NCBI GenBank assembly: GCA_900550145.1
Contig: URRF01000001.1
Span: 19,886-83,885 of the forward strand
Source of the DNA: an uncultured Mollicutes bacterium
Lineage (GTDB): Bacteria > Bacillota_I > Bacilli_A > RF39 > UBA660
Reading direction: 5' to 3'
DNA length: 64,000 nucleotides
Positions 47,420 to 56,326 of this stretch are shown one piece after another (position 1 is the stretch's first letter; the number at the start of each line of letters is the position of its first letter). The position numbers were made by a program, and so were the translations under genes. The notes under the pieces were generated by a model. The model saw only the letters and a program-made list of their open reading frames with translations. It did not search any database and was not told the origin of the DNA.

Positions 47420-47752
47420 TTATAAGCCTTGTTTATCTTTATACTTTTTAATACGAGCTAAAGTAGCTTTATCAAAATCTTTCTTACTCCAATTAAGTTC
47501 TTTAAAACCGTATTCTTTATGACCACGAGGAATTAATCCTAATTTAATATAATTATCAAAAGTACTTGGACTACAATGTAAAATACGTTCACATGCTTCA
47601 CGTTTACTTATACGTTTAATACCTCTGTTTAACTTTGTTAGACTTGATATAATATCGTCTAATTCATCATCGCTATGATTACTATTACCAGCGTCGATAT
47701 TATTTATTGCTTCTTCAAGTACTTTTCTTAATATCTTTAATTTTACGTTCAT
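47420..47752 (-). CDS. small helix-turn-helix (excisionase/MerR-like) DNA-binding protein (about 110 aa)
   Basis: From Met38 of the listed 147-aa ORF. ISKREACERILHCSPSTFDNYIKLGLIPRG is a typical HTH followed by a wing. The upstream 37 codons are hydrophobic and overlap the previous gene, so they are unlikely to be translated. Confidence 0.5.
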   Translation of the reverse strand: MNVKLKILRKVLEEAINNIDAGNSNHSDDELDDIISSLTKLNRGIKRISKREACERILHCSPSTFDNYIKLGLIPRGHKEYGFKELNWSKKDFDKATLARIKKYKDKQGL

Positions 47753-48116
47753 TACGATTATTTTTAATATGAATATATGTAGATATACAAATAAATATCG
47801 CAGCAATAAAATGATAAACAATAAGTAATTGAATATCAGAAATAGGTATTCGATAATAAGCATCTAAATTAGCTATTAAAAGATTAATAATATTAGCAGT
47901 AATTATAAAACGATGCCATTTACAAAAACCAAAAACATAACTACAAACATATAAAAGAAAAGTAGTAGTTATAGAATTACCTATTATAAAATCTAATATA
48001 TAACTAATAATATAAATATCGCTAAAACAATATAATATATTATTAAACAACATACCTACCATTTGTATGATAGGTATGTACTTTATTAAAACTATAAATA
48101 GTCTTTTCATTAACAA
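47715..48116 (-). CDS. polytopic small membrane protein (133 aa), holin-like candidate
   Basis: Three to four hydrophobic helices and a basic C-terminus (KNNRNERKIKDIKK). Confidence 0.45.
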   Translation of the reverse strand: MLMKRLFIVLIKYIPIIQMVGMLFNNILYCFSDIYIISYILDFIIGNSITTTFLLYVCSYVFGFCKWHRFIITANIINLLIANLDAYYRIPISDIQLLIVYHFIAAIFICISTYIHIKNNRNERKIKDIKKST

Positions 48117-48215
48117 TTATTTCTTTTTACCTCCATTACCATATTGAGGTCTATTAATAGGAGGATTTGGTTTCTTAGGCCCAGCACTACCTGTACCTCT
48201 ATTAGGTCTACCCAT
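48117..48215 (-). CDS. possible 32-aa basic Gly/Pro-rich peptide (MGRPNRGTGSAGPKKPNPPINRPQYGNGGKKK)
   Basis: Hand-translated and not in the supplied ORF track. Its stop abuts the ATG of the next gene. Confidence 0.25.
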   Translation of the reverse strand: MGRPNRGTGSAGPKKPNPPINRPQYGNGGKKK

Positions 48216-48305
48216 AATAATATTAGATTAAGATAAAATACCAGCAGTTTTAAGATTAGCAATTAAAGAATTAACTGCTGTTTTAACATCTTCAATTGTA
48301 TCTCC

Positions 48306-48503
48306 TTAAATTTCAGTAACAGTAGCTGCTTGTTTAACAAGACCGAGTTTTTCTTCTGTAGCAGCTTCATAAGTAGGGATTTCTTGAGAAGATTGTTCAG
48401 CTAATTGAAGAATAATATTAACTAATACATCTTTTTGTTCTTTTGCAAGAGGAACAGCTTGCATAGCCCAATTAAGTTTTGCAGCAATTTCTTTTGTATT
48501 CAT
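48306..48503 (-). CDS. hypothetical small protein (65 aa)
   Basis: Short helical ORF between two membrane-protein genes. Confidence 0.45.
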   Translation of the reverse strand: MNTKEIAAKLNWAMQAVPLAKEQKDVLVNIILQLAEQSSQEIPTYEAATEEKLGLVKQAATVTEI

Positions 48504-48518
48504 AATTATATATTTAAT

Positions 48519-48839
48519 TTAAAGTTTATCAATATGTTTATAACCGACTCCAAGTTTATCAAGTATAGGTTTAAGTAACCAACTATAAAAAACAGGAGAA
48601 AAAATAGCAGAATTAAGCAAAGTTATATAATCTTTATAACCAGAAAATATATAAGCAGCAGTAATAAATATAATAGATATTGTAAGAACAATACGTTTAC
48701 TCCAAGTAGAAACTTTTTTATCTTTATTAATATAATCAATAAATTTAATTATAATATAAGTTAGTATAACAATAGAAAAAATATAAGAGAAATTAAAATG
48801 ATTAAGTATATCGCTAAAAACTATATTTGTAATATCCAT
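48519..48839 (-). CDS. small membrane protein (106 aa), holin-like candidate
   Basis: Three hydrophobic helices (FSYIFSIVILTYIII, IVLTISIIFITAAYIF, AIFSPVFYSWLL). Confidence 0.45.
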   Translation of the reverse strand: MDITNIVFSDILNHFNFSYIFSIVILTYIIIKFIDYINKDKKVSTWSKRIVLTISIIFITAAYIFSGYKDYITLLNSAIFSPVFYSWLLKPILDKLGVGYKHIDKL

Positions 48840-48950
48840 AATATTATTTTAATTAATATATTGTTTATTATTGCTATCAACAATATTTATATCAATATAA
48901 TTTTAAATATAATATCTTTATATTAAATAACAAAATTATAATTGTTTATT

Positions 48951-50057
48951 TTAATAGTTTCCTAAAAAGAAAAAATCTGACATAGTATTAACTAAACTTG
49001 TACTAAAAGTACGTCCATTTTTGATTATATTAATATAATCTTTATTATCATTACTTATTTCAAGATTAGCAAATGTAGAAAAAGATTGTTCAGACGATAT
49101 AGCGTCTATAGCAGAAGAATTAAGATTATTAATAGATTTAACAAATTTTGAATTACTAACCATTTCCGTATATTCAAAAACAGTAGGAATATACATTTTA
49201 CATAATGATTGGTTATATCCATTATATATTGAAGGAAATGTTACTCTAAAACGTGAAAAGGGCATAATTCTATCAATAAACACATATCTTGAAATGGACT
49301 TAAATATATTACTACCGTTATGTTCATTTATAGAACTTCTTGCTAAATCATTAATAATAGTTTGGTCAAAACTTTCAAGTTGTATATATATTCCATTATA
49401 ACCAATAATAGGAAAAGGTAAAAAACTTCTATATTCAGTATTAACAACTATACCTAATATCATAGAATTAAAATAAGTATTGTAATATTCTAAAGGAAGA
49501 ATTGTACCATCTTTTAGTAAATAATCTCCTGTTTTAAGATTATAATCCGTATGTAATTTACAAAAATGATTATCTGGATTACCAACAATTCTATAAGTTA
49601 ACCCTGGTCTATTATAAATATAATATTCAAAATCTTCATTAGGAATTAATTTATATTGATTACTTTCAGTATCTTGAACATATTTTAAACCATAAGTTGT
49701 AGCATTAGTAACTTGATTTCTATTAAATAAATATTGACCATGAAATTTAAATATTAATTTATCGGTATTAATTGTAGCATAAGTAGTATCTCCAATACCA
49801 AAACAATTTTTATCTTGTAAAAAATATAAATTAGTATTAGTTATAGTAGTATTTTGTACAGCTACTTCTTGAAGAATATTTTCTATAACCCCAGCAAATG
49901 GTATTTGAGGCTTACTTATAAGACGCCCTTTACAAAATAATGCTCCTTTAGGGAAATCATTAGCTGCAGTATTAACTACAGCTAATTCATCAGCCACAAG
50001 ATTTCTCTCGCTTAAAAAATTAGAAAAAGTTCTATAAACATTAAATCTTTTAGCCAT
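48951..50057 (-). CDS. hypothetical virion protein (368 aa)
   Basis: N/Y/F-rich, beta-type composition, downstream of the fibre-like genes. Confidence 0.55.
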   Translation of the reverse strand: MAKRFNVYRTFSNFLSERNLVADELAVVNTAANDFPKGALFCKGRLISKPQIPFAGVIENILQEVAVQNTTITNTNLYFLQDKNCFGIGDTTYATINTDKLIFKFHGQYLFNRNQVTNATTYGLKYVQDTESNQYKLIPNEDFEYYIYNRPGLTYRIVGNPDNHFCKLHTDYNLKTGDYLLKDGTILPLEYYNTYFNSMILGIVVNTEYRSFLPFPIIGYNGIYIQLESFDQTIINDLARSSINEHNGSNIFKSISRYVFIDRIMPFSRFRVTFPSIYNGYNQSLCKMYIPTVFEYTEMVSNSKFVKSINNLNSSAIDAISSEQSFSTFANLEISNDNKDYINIIKNGRTFSTSLVNTMSDFFFLGNY

Positions 50058-50081
50058 ATTACTATATTAATTAGAAAAAGT

Positions 50082-50129
50082 ATTATAATACTTTTTATGA
50101 TTTTTATTATAATACTTTTTATGATTTGT
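50082..50129. repeat. 2 x 24-bp tandem direct repeat (ATTATAATACTTTTTATGATTT[TT/GT])
   Basis: The units at 50082-50105 and 50106-50129 are identical at 23 of 24 positions. Intergenic, 25-70 nt upstream of the ATG at 50057. Each unit contains TATAAT on the + strand. Confidence 0.8.
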
Positions 50130-50143
50130 ATGTATATTATACT

Positions 50144-51700
50144 TTATACTTCATGCCAAGCAAATGCTTCAATTATAGCTTGTTCAACAACTTCACTTAT
50201 TTTAGCGTTAATACCTTCAATTTTAATACCATTATCACTTAAAGAAAGATAAGGTTCAGATGTTGGATCTATAATTAAATGAATATCTTTTCCTGTTACT
50301 TTAACACCATTAGTTCCTTGATAAACATCTATAAGACCGGTTACATCAAGATAAATAGCATCCTTACCAGCATCAGTATTAAAAGTAATAACAAGATAAG
50401 TACCCGGGTCATGAGATTCTGGATCTGTTACAAGCTCAACAGTATTAATCATACCGTCTTTAATAAATGCAGTAGCGTCAATACTTGCTATAATAGAAGA
50501 ATCAAAACCTTCAAGATTAATCTTCTTAGTTTTAGTATTATAAGTAAGATTAAGATGACCTTCTACATTAGTACCGTTTTTCTTAATAAAGTTTTGACCT
50601 GTAACATCTCTTAGAGCAGTTGTATCTTCAGCTTTAAGACCATTAGGCCCTAAACTAAGAGTAACATTTCCTTGAGTAGTATCAAGTTTAATACCAACAG
50701 TAGGTGTTTGTTCAGAACCACCTATTTCAATACCTTTATTAGCAGCAGCTACAACTCTTGTAACTTTACGTGTTAAATCATCACTTGTTGCTATAGAGTA
50801 TTTAGTAAGATTAGAAATACTATCCCAATTATTTCCAGAATGAGTAGCTCTAAATTTTAAAATATGAGTATTATTATCTCCACCACTTACAATAGCGTTA
50901 ATTAAATAAGTAGTTGTATTAATCGCAGATACTCTTACATAATATTGTCCATATTGAGTTTTAGCAATAAATATTTTTTTACTATCAACAGCTTCCTTAA
51001 AATCAGTATAAGGTGTGAGAATAGTGGCAATAATAGATATAGATTCGTTTGTAAGAGTTAAAATATCTCCAAGAAAATATATATTATCTAATCTTTCTAA
51101 ATCTTCAGCAACAGCTAATTTTTGTGGAGTAATAGATTCAACACCTAAAGATTCAAGCCAATCATTATTATCATGTTTAATAACATATTTTGTAATTATA
51201 GGATTACCGCTGGAATTACTATTAATAGTTATAATAAATTTACCTTCTTCAACTACAGATCCTTCATGATTTATAGATCCAACAGTATAATAATTATCAA
51301 CAACACATAATAGTAATTTATTGTTATTATAAGCATCTAAAAAATCATTATATTCTCCTAAAATATCTACAATTTCACTTTTAGCAGAATTTTCAGATAA
51401 AGTACTTAAATCAGAAATTGTATAGATAGGAGATTCTCCAGCATTACCATCAACGCGAATCCAAGAAGAAATAGAAGTATAAGCGTCGGGATTAATAAGC
51501 ATGAACAAAGCATTTTGTCCATTATAGTTAACAGGAACAACAAGACCTTTAAACAGCCAAACTTTACCATCACTATCAACCCATGTAGATTGTTGAGTTA
51601 ATTCTTCATAAGTAATATACGTTTGTCTTGCGTCAAGTGGTGCTTGTTTTTTTACTTCAAGACTCGCACTAAAATTAAATGTGCCTCTTTCTCTTGCCAT
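50144..51700 (-). CDS. tail fibre / receptor-binding-like protein (518 aa) with an internal domain duplication
   Basis: T/S/N/G-rich, beta-type composition. Two collinear repeats of about 110 aa (LSTLSENSAKSEIVDILGEYNDFLDAY... and ILTLTNESISIIATILTPYTDFKEAV...). Function assigned by composition and position only. Confidence 0.5.
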   Translation of the reverse strand: MARERGTFNFSASLEVKKQAPLDARQTYITYEELTQQSTWVDSDGKVWLFKGLVVPVNYNGQNALFMLINPDAYTSISSWIRVDGNAGESPIYTISDLSTLSENSAKSEIVDILGEYNDFLDAYNNNKLLLCVVDNYYTVGSINHEGSVVEEGKFIITINSNSSGNPIITKYVIKHDNNDWLESLGVESITPQKLAVAEDLERLDNIYFLGDILTLTNESISIIATILTPYTDFKEAVDSKKIFIAKTQYGQYYVRVSAINTTTYLINAIVSGGDNNTHILKFRATHSGNNWDSISNLTKYSIATSDDLTRKVTRVVAAANKGIEIGGSEQTPTVGIKLDTTQGNVTLSLGPNGLKAEDTTALRDVTGQNFIKKNGTNVEGHLNLTYNTKTKKINLEGFDSSIIASIDATAFIKDGMINTVELVTDPESHDPGTYLVITFNTDAGKDAIYLDVTGLIDVYQGTNGVKVTGKDIHLIIDPTSEPYLSLSDNGIKIEGINAKISEVVEQAIIEAFAWHEV

Positions 51701-51718
51701 ATTATTAACTCCTTTCTA

Positions 51719-52813
51719 TTATTTACTAAATGTAATATTAAATGTACTTTCTCCATTAAATCCAGCGTCATTACGAGTATAAACTGCATACTCAACTTGT
51801 TTACCTTGAACTTTAATATTTTCAGTTGTCTTAGTAAATTTATCTGTACCATAATTTTCGTATTTGCCAGACAAAGTATTAAGAAGTTCAACTTTAGTTA
51901 AAGTATATTTTACAGGAAGTTTAAAAGTATGTTTGTTAGGACCTTCAGCTTTAAATTTAACAGCACTAAGAGTATTAGAAGTAGTAAGTGCTAATTTAGC
52001 AAAAGCTTCATTATTATCTTTATTAGTAAAATAAGGATATACGCCATTAATAGTTACAGCAGCACTATCAACTGTTCCAGCAGGAAGAGGAGTTTGATAG
52101 TTATTACCTTTACTATCTAAAGGTTGAGGACCATGTTGATAAGCAGCTCTATATTTATACGTTATAGCTCCTTCAGGAATTTCTGTTGGAAATGTTTTAT
52201 TAGTAGGTGTATTATTAATATAAATAAACGAACCAGCAGAATCTAAAGCACCACCCCTATTTTGTTTTTTAACACCAGCTATTTTAATAGCTCCAGCGTT
52301 ATATATTGTATTAAAACTTGCTGCAACAGGAACTGAAGCTCCAGTTGTACCAACTTCTTGAATAGTAGGTGTAGTTGAAGTACTTTTTAAACTCAAAGAA
52401 GCAGTAGGAGCTTCAAACGTAGGATTAACAGTAGGAAATATAAGTTCATCAAAAAGTTGAGAAAAAGTTTTATTTTTAAGTTGAGCTACAGTAGTTCCAG
52501 CGGGTATACCACCAAGAGCATTAACAGTAGCTATATCATCAGATAAAGCGGATTTATATTTAAGTATTTCAGCTAAGTCGACAGTTTTACTTGAACCATC
52601 AATCATAGTAATTTTAAGAGTAGTTCCTTCAATACTAACAGCCTTTATACCACCAGAATAAGAAGTACCATTAACTAAAAGTTCATGAGTATCAGTAGTA
52701 AAATAAAGTTTATCTAAATGATCAACAGCAGGTTTATAACTTGCTTTAAGACCACTAAACAATATACCTGTAAATTCGGTAAGAATTTTAGTTTGCAAAT
52801 CGTTATATTTCAT
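51719..52813 (-). CDS. tail fibre / Ig-like structural protein (364 aa)
   Basis: T/S/A/G-rich, beta-type composition, adjacent to the 518-aa fibre-like gene. Confidence 0.5.
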   Translation of the reverse strand: MKYNDLQTKILTEFTGILFSGLKASYKPAVDHLDKLYFTTDTHELLVNGTSYSGGIKAVSIEGTTLKITMIDGSSKTVDLAEILKYKSALSDDIATVNALGGIPAGTTVAQLKNKTFSQLFDELIFPTVNPTFEAPTASLSLKSTSTTPTIQEVGTTGASVPVAASFNTIYNAGAIKIAGVKKQNRGGALDSAGSFIYINNTPTNKTFPTEIPEGAITYKYRAAYQHGPQPLDSKGNNYQTPLPAGTVDSAAVTINGVYPYFTNKDNNEAFAKLALTTSNTLSAVKFKAEGPNKHTFKLPVKYTLTKVELLNTLSGKYENYGTDKFTKTTENIKVQGKQVEYAVYTRNDAGFNGESTFNITFSK

Positions 52814-52844
52814 TACTTTTATATTTTAAATGATGATTAATAAT

Positions 52845-53432
52845 TTAATGCCAATTAATAATCTTTTTAATTATTGAAGTAACTGCTTTATTGGCAACAG
52901 CATTATTAGAAGTATCATCAAGAACAGCATCTACTTTTAAAAATATCTGTTCTTGTATAGAAGAAACTTGTTTCCATTTATAATATTTGTCAACTCGTAA
53001 AAAATATTGATATTTAGAAATTTTATCTTCTCCAAAATACATATACTCGATAGCAACACTTAATCCATCAATACCAGCAATAACAACATTAAGAATCGAA
53101 GTTCTTGTAACAATAATATTTTTACTTAAAACAGCATTTTTTAAATTTAAATAATCTCCTAAAACTATTTCAAGACCTTCAGGATTAGTATTAATATTTA
53201 TATCTTCAATATTACCCGGAATACGATAAAAACCATTAGTAAAAATAACGCTATACAATTTTTGCCAATATTCTTCATTAGTAATATCAGTACCATTTGG
53301 AACTTGTTTACGAGATATATAATTATAAGAATCATTAGTAACTAAGCAAAGTTTATCATAATCCTTTCTAATATCCCATACACCATCACAACTAATACTT
53401 ACTTTTCCTATATTCTTCTCATTAGTAATCAT
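52845..53432 (-). CDS. structural protein (195 aa) sharing the repeat domain of the 518-aa protein
   Basis: The segment LEIVLGDYLNLKNAVLSKNIIVTRTS...YFLRVDKYYKW resembles both repeats of the 518-aa product. Confidence 0.45.
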   Translation of the reverse strand: MITNEKNIGKVSISCDGVWDIRKDYDKLCLVTNDSYNYISRKQVPNGTDITNEEYWQKLYSVIFTNGFYRIPGNIEDININTNPEGLEIVLGDYLNLKNAVLSKNIIVTRTSILNVVIAGIDGLSVAIEYMYFGEDKISKYQYFLRVDKYYKWKQVSSIQEQIFLKVDAVLDDTSNNAVANKAVTSIIKKIINWH

Positions 53433-53433
53433 A

Positions 53434-53889
53434 TCATTTATCTTTAATAATTAAATTTTCATCTTTTAGTACAAATTCTTTAGTATCAGAATCTTCAATA
53501 ACTTGTAAATATCCGCTATCAACATTAACATCTACTTTAGGAATATTATTTTCACAACTTACTCTTGCTTTAAGATAATTATTATCCAAATAAACAAAAA
53601 CATCTTGTTGAACATAATCATCTCCAGTATAGAGTTTGTCAATTTGAGAAGTAATATATTTTATTAGTAAACCAGCTTCTTTATCTTTTTTTAATGCCTT
53701 ACAAGCTATTGCAGATTGAAAAGTATTCCAACAATCAATTATAATTTTATTATTACCTTTACAAGTAGCAGAACAATCATTAATTATTTCTCTACCTATA
53801 TTAGACATTAAAATAAGTAATTTATGATATATGCAAATATAATCTTGTGGAATAGTCAAATAAACATAATTAACTTTACTCATACACAA
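53434..53889 (-). CDS. hypothetical protein (151 aa)
   Basis: ORF packed 1 nt from the downstream gene. Cys-containing globular composition. Confidence 0.5.
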   Translation of the reverse strand: MCMSKVNYVYLTIPQDYICIYHKLLILMSNIGREIINDCSATCKGNNKIIIDCWNTFQSAIACKALKKDKEAGLLIKYITSQIDKLYTGDDYVQQDVFVYLDNNYLKARVSCENNIPKVDVNVDSGYLQVIEDSDTKEFVLKDENLIIKDK

Positions 53890-54095
53890 TTTATATTTAA
53901 ACTATTAATAATATTAGCAAGATTATTTAATTGTTCTTCGGTAAATAATTGACTATTTTCTATACAATGTATTAAAACAGGAATAATCATATTCTTTGTT
54001 TCACAACATTGATTTTGAACAAAACCAATATTCATCAAAGCAATACGATTAACTCTATTATTAATATCTCTTATAATTAAATAATTATCTGACAT
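53880..54095 (-). CDS. hypothetical small protein (71 aa)
   Basis: Short ORF overlapping both neighbours by about 10 nt, a pattern typical of translational coupling. Confidence 0.4.
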   Translation of the reverse strand: MSDNYLIIRDINNRVNRIALMNIGFVQNQCCETKNMIIPVLIHCIENSQLFTEEQLNNLANIINSLNINCV

Positions 54096-54645
54096 AAGTA
54101 TGACACTGTTTCATAACAATAGAAATATATCCGTCAATTTTTATATTAATTTTATTATTTATATTATATAATTTTTCTTCTTTAGAAAATTCATCATTAT
54201 ATATAATTTCAACAACATCTTCGCTTATTTCTGTTTTCCATTCAGGTTTTATATAACCGCATATTTTATATAAAAACATTAAATTATATAGCCTATAATA
54301 ATTAGATTCTACAATATAATGAATATTTTCAATAATATTTTCTTTATTATTATCTATATTATTAATTACAACAACAGAAGTAGTGTGACGAATAATAGAA
54401 TTAGCGAATGTTTTAAAAGAATTTTTAATAGCATAATCTCGTTTTTCTTCAGCATCGTTAAGAATATCTTTAGTGATATAATCTAAAAACGAATTTAATT
54501 TACGAAAACATTCAGTAACTTCTTTATTAATTTTAACGGCATTAGATTCCTTTTTAGTATCAATTACCTTAATTATAATAAGATAAATAAGAACAATAAC
54601 ACCGGGAGTTATTCCTAAACGTAAACTTTCTAACAATTCTCCCAT
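54085..54645 (-). CDS. membrane-anchored protein (186 aa)
   Basis: N-terminal TM helix (ITPGVIVLIYLIIIKVI). Confidence 0.5.
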   Translation of the reverse strand: MGELLESLRLGITPGVIVLIYLIIIKVIDTKKESNAVKINKEVTECFRKLNSFLDYITKDILNDAEEKRDYAIKNSFKTFANSIIRHTTSVVVINNIDNNKENIIENIHYIVESNYYRLYNLMFLYKICGYIKPEWKTEISEDVVEIIYNDEFSKEEKLYNINNKINIKIDGYISIVMKQCHTYVR

Positions 54646-54655
54646 ACTTTATAAG

Positions 54656-54697
54656 AAAACTATCGTTAAGCTATTTAATAGCAATAACGATAGTTTT
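54656..54697 (-). terminator. strong hairpin (attenuator/terminator) after the 291-aa gene
   Basis: Perfect 13-bp stem AAAACTATCGTTA (54656-54668) / TAACGATAGTTTT (54685-54697). The loop is AGCTATTTAATAGCAA, an AGCT-type near-palindrome. Confidence 0.55.
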
Positions 54698-54709
54698 TAT
54701 TTTAAAAGT

Positions 54710-55585
54710 TTAACCTGCAAGTGCTTTACAAACAGTTTCAAAAGCAGTAATTTGTGTAGCACCAGTTGGAAATACAACTTGTACAATTTGATTAACAACT
54801 TCATCTCTTGTCTTAACATCTCGAGGTTCAGCAAAAGACAGAGTAAAAATAGTAAATCCTTTATCAGCAGCTTCTGAAACTTCAAGAGGATTAAGAGGAT
54901 AATGAGGTCTCATTAATTCTCCAGCTTCTTGATATGTATATTCAAATCCAGCATCAGCGGCAGCTTTATTTGCTAAATCAATAACATATTGAGCATCTCC
55001 GTAAGCAGCTTTTCCTTTCTGAGTAGAAGTAGCAACAAGACCAGTGAGTAAATCAGCAGGAATTACTTCATAATCCATGCCTACAACTTGCCCATCAATA
55101 GTCAATGTTGCGTCAGAAACAGTAGCTACAACTTTAGAGCCAACAGTATTATTATTAATAGCTTTAGCCAAAGCCTCTGCAAGCTCATTAGCAGTCTTAT
55201 TTACATCTTTAATATAAACAGAAGCAGTCCATTTATTACGTTGATTAAATCCGACACCCTTTAGAGCAACAATAATTGAATATTCACCAATCGTAGTAGG
55301 AGCAGGAATAGTAAATACTTGTTTAAATACTTCACCTGCTTGATAAACTCCTTTTACATAAGAAAATTTATTTTTATGAATAGGAATTACAACATGACCT
55401 CCTTTATTAACAGGACGATTAACAATCAGCATGCAATCTTTAGTAATCTCTTCACCAGTAGCAGTAGGAGAAATAGTCTTATCAGATTTTCTAAAATAAA
55501 AACCAATTGCACCATCAACTACATCATTATTGCTCAAAGCAGTAGTAGGATAAGCAACGTTTTTACCTAAAAGAAATTGTCGCAT
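54710..55585 (-). CDS. probable abundant virion protein (291 aa)
   Basis: Noticeably GC-richer, A/G/V/T-rich sequence like the MCP candidate, followed by a strong hairpin. Role unknown. Confidence 0.55.
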   Translation of the reverse strand: MRQFLLGKNVAYPTTALSNNDVVDGAIGFYFRKSDKTISPTATGEEITKDCMLIVNRPVNKGGHVVIPIHKNKFSYVKGVYQAGEVFKQVFTIPAPTTIGEYSIIVALKGVGFNQRNKWTASVYIKDVNKTANELAEALAKAINNNTVGSKVVATVSDATLTIDGQVVGMDYEVIPADLLTGLVATSTQKGKAAYGDAQYVIDLANKAAADAGFEYTYQEAGELMRPHYPLNPLEVSEAADKGFTIFTLSFAEPRDVKTRDEVVNQIVQVVFPTGATQITAFETVCKALAG

Positions 55586-55620
55586 AACTCTATAACTATT
55601 TTAATAAATTAAGAAATCAT

Positions 55621-56325
55621 TTAATTTTTTTGTTGAGACATCGTTGGACTAATAGAAGCAATATACTTTTTAACAGCTAACTGAACTATTTCCTCATGAA
55701 GATATTCTGGTAAATCACAATCAACACCTTCATTTTTACCTTCAACATTATATTTAACAATCTTAGGATTGTCAATATAGCAAATCTTTATTCCACCAAT
55801 AACCTTTTTGTCATCACTCTCAGTCTGACCTGTCATAACTTTGATTACAGTAAGATAATTTTCAGCTACTTCTGTAAACATTGTTACAATAGGTTCATTA
55901 ATTGTAGGTCGAGTACAATAATCAGTTAAGGCATCAGAAAGTCTATCAGGTTCTATTAGTCTACAATGTACATCTTTTTTGCCGTCTTTGTAATCAATAT
56001 AAAAATCAGTATATAATAAAACATTATGGAAATCAACAATAAGTTCAAAAGGATTATTATTAAAATAATCGCTTTCTGTAATATTAGTATGATCAACTCT
56101 ATAAAGAGTTCTCAAAGCATTAATTGGAGTAATAGAAGCAGCTTGTGGTAATATTCCAACTTGAAGTGAATTAGCAACATTTTTACTAATTATATTTCTA
56201 ACAGTTTCATTAATTGCTGCATTCAGATATACGTCTATAGACTCTGGAAGAATACCTCTAACAAGTTGTAAACCCATTACTTGTCCAAACGTTCTAAACT
56301 TATTGTGCATTTCCTGTATAGTCAT
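55621..56325 (-). CDS. head/connector-module protein (234 aa)
   Basis: ORF in the capsid-proximal block. No motif recognised. Confidence 0.5.
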   Translation of the reverse strand: MTIQEMHNKFRTFGQVMGLQLVRGILPESIDVYLNAAINETVRNIISKNVANSLQVGILPQAASITPINALRTLYRVDHTNITESDYFNNNPFELIVDFHNVLLYTDFYIDYKDGKKDVHCRLIEPDRLSDALTDYCTRPTINEPIVTMFTEVAENYLTVIKVMTGQTESDDKKVIGGIKICYIDNPKIVKYNVEGKNEGVDCDLPEYLHEEIVQLAVKKYIASISPTMSQQKN

Positions 56326-56326
56326 A

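Noticed and set aside
47753-47863. N-terminal 37 codons of the listed 147-aa ORF (MLIIEYLFLIFNYLLFIILLL...).
   Set aside because: This stretch is hydrophobic junk-like sequence overlapping the 3-prime end of the upstream membrane-protein gene in another frame. The HTH protein most likely starts at Met38 (47752).
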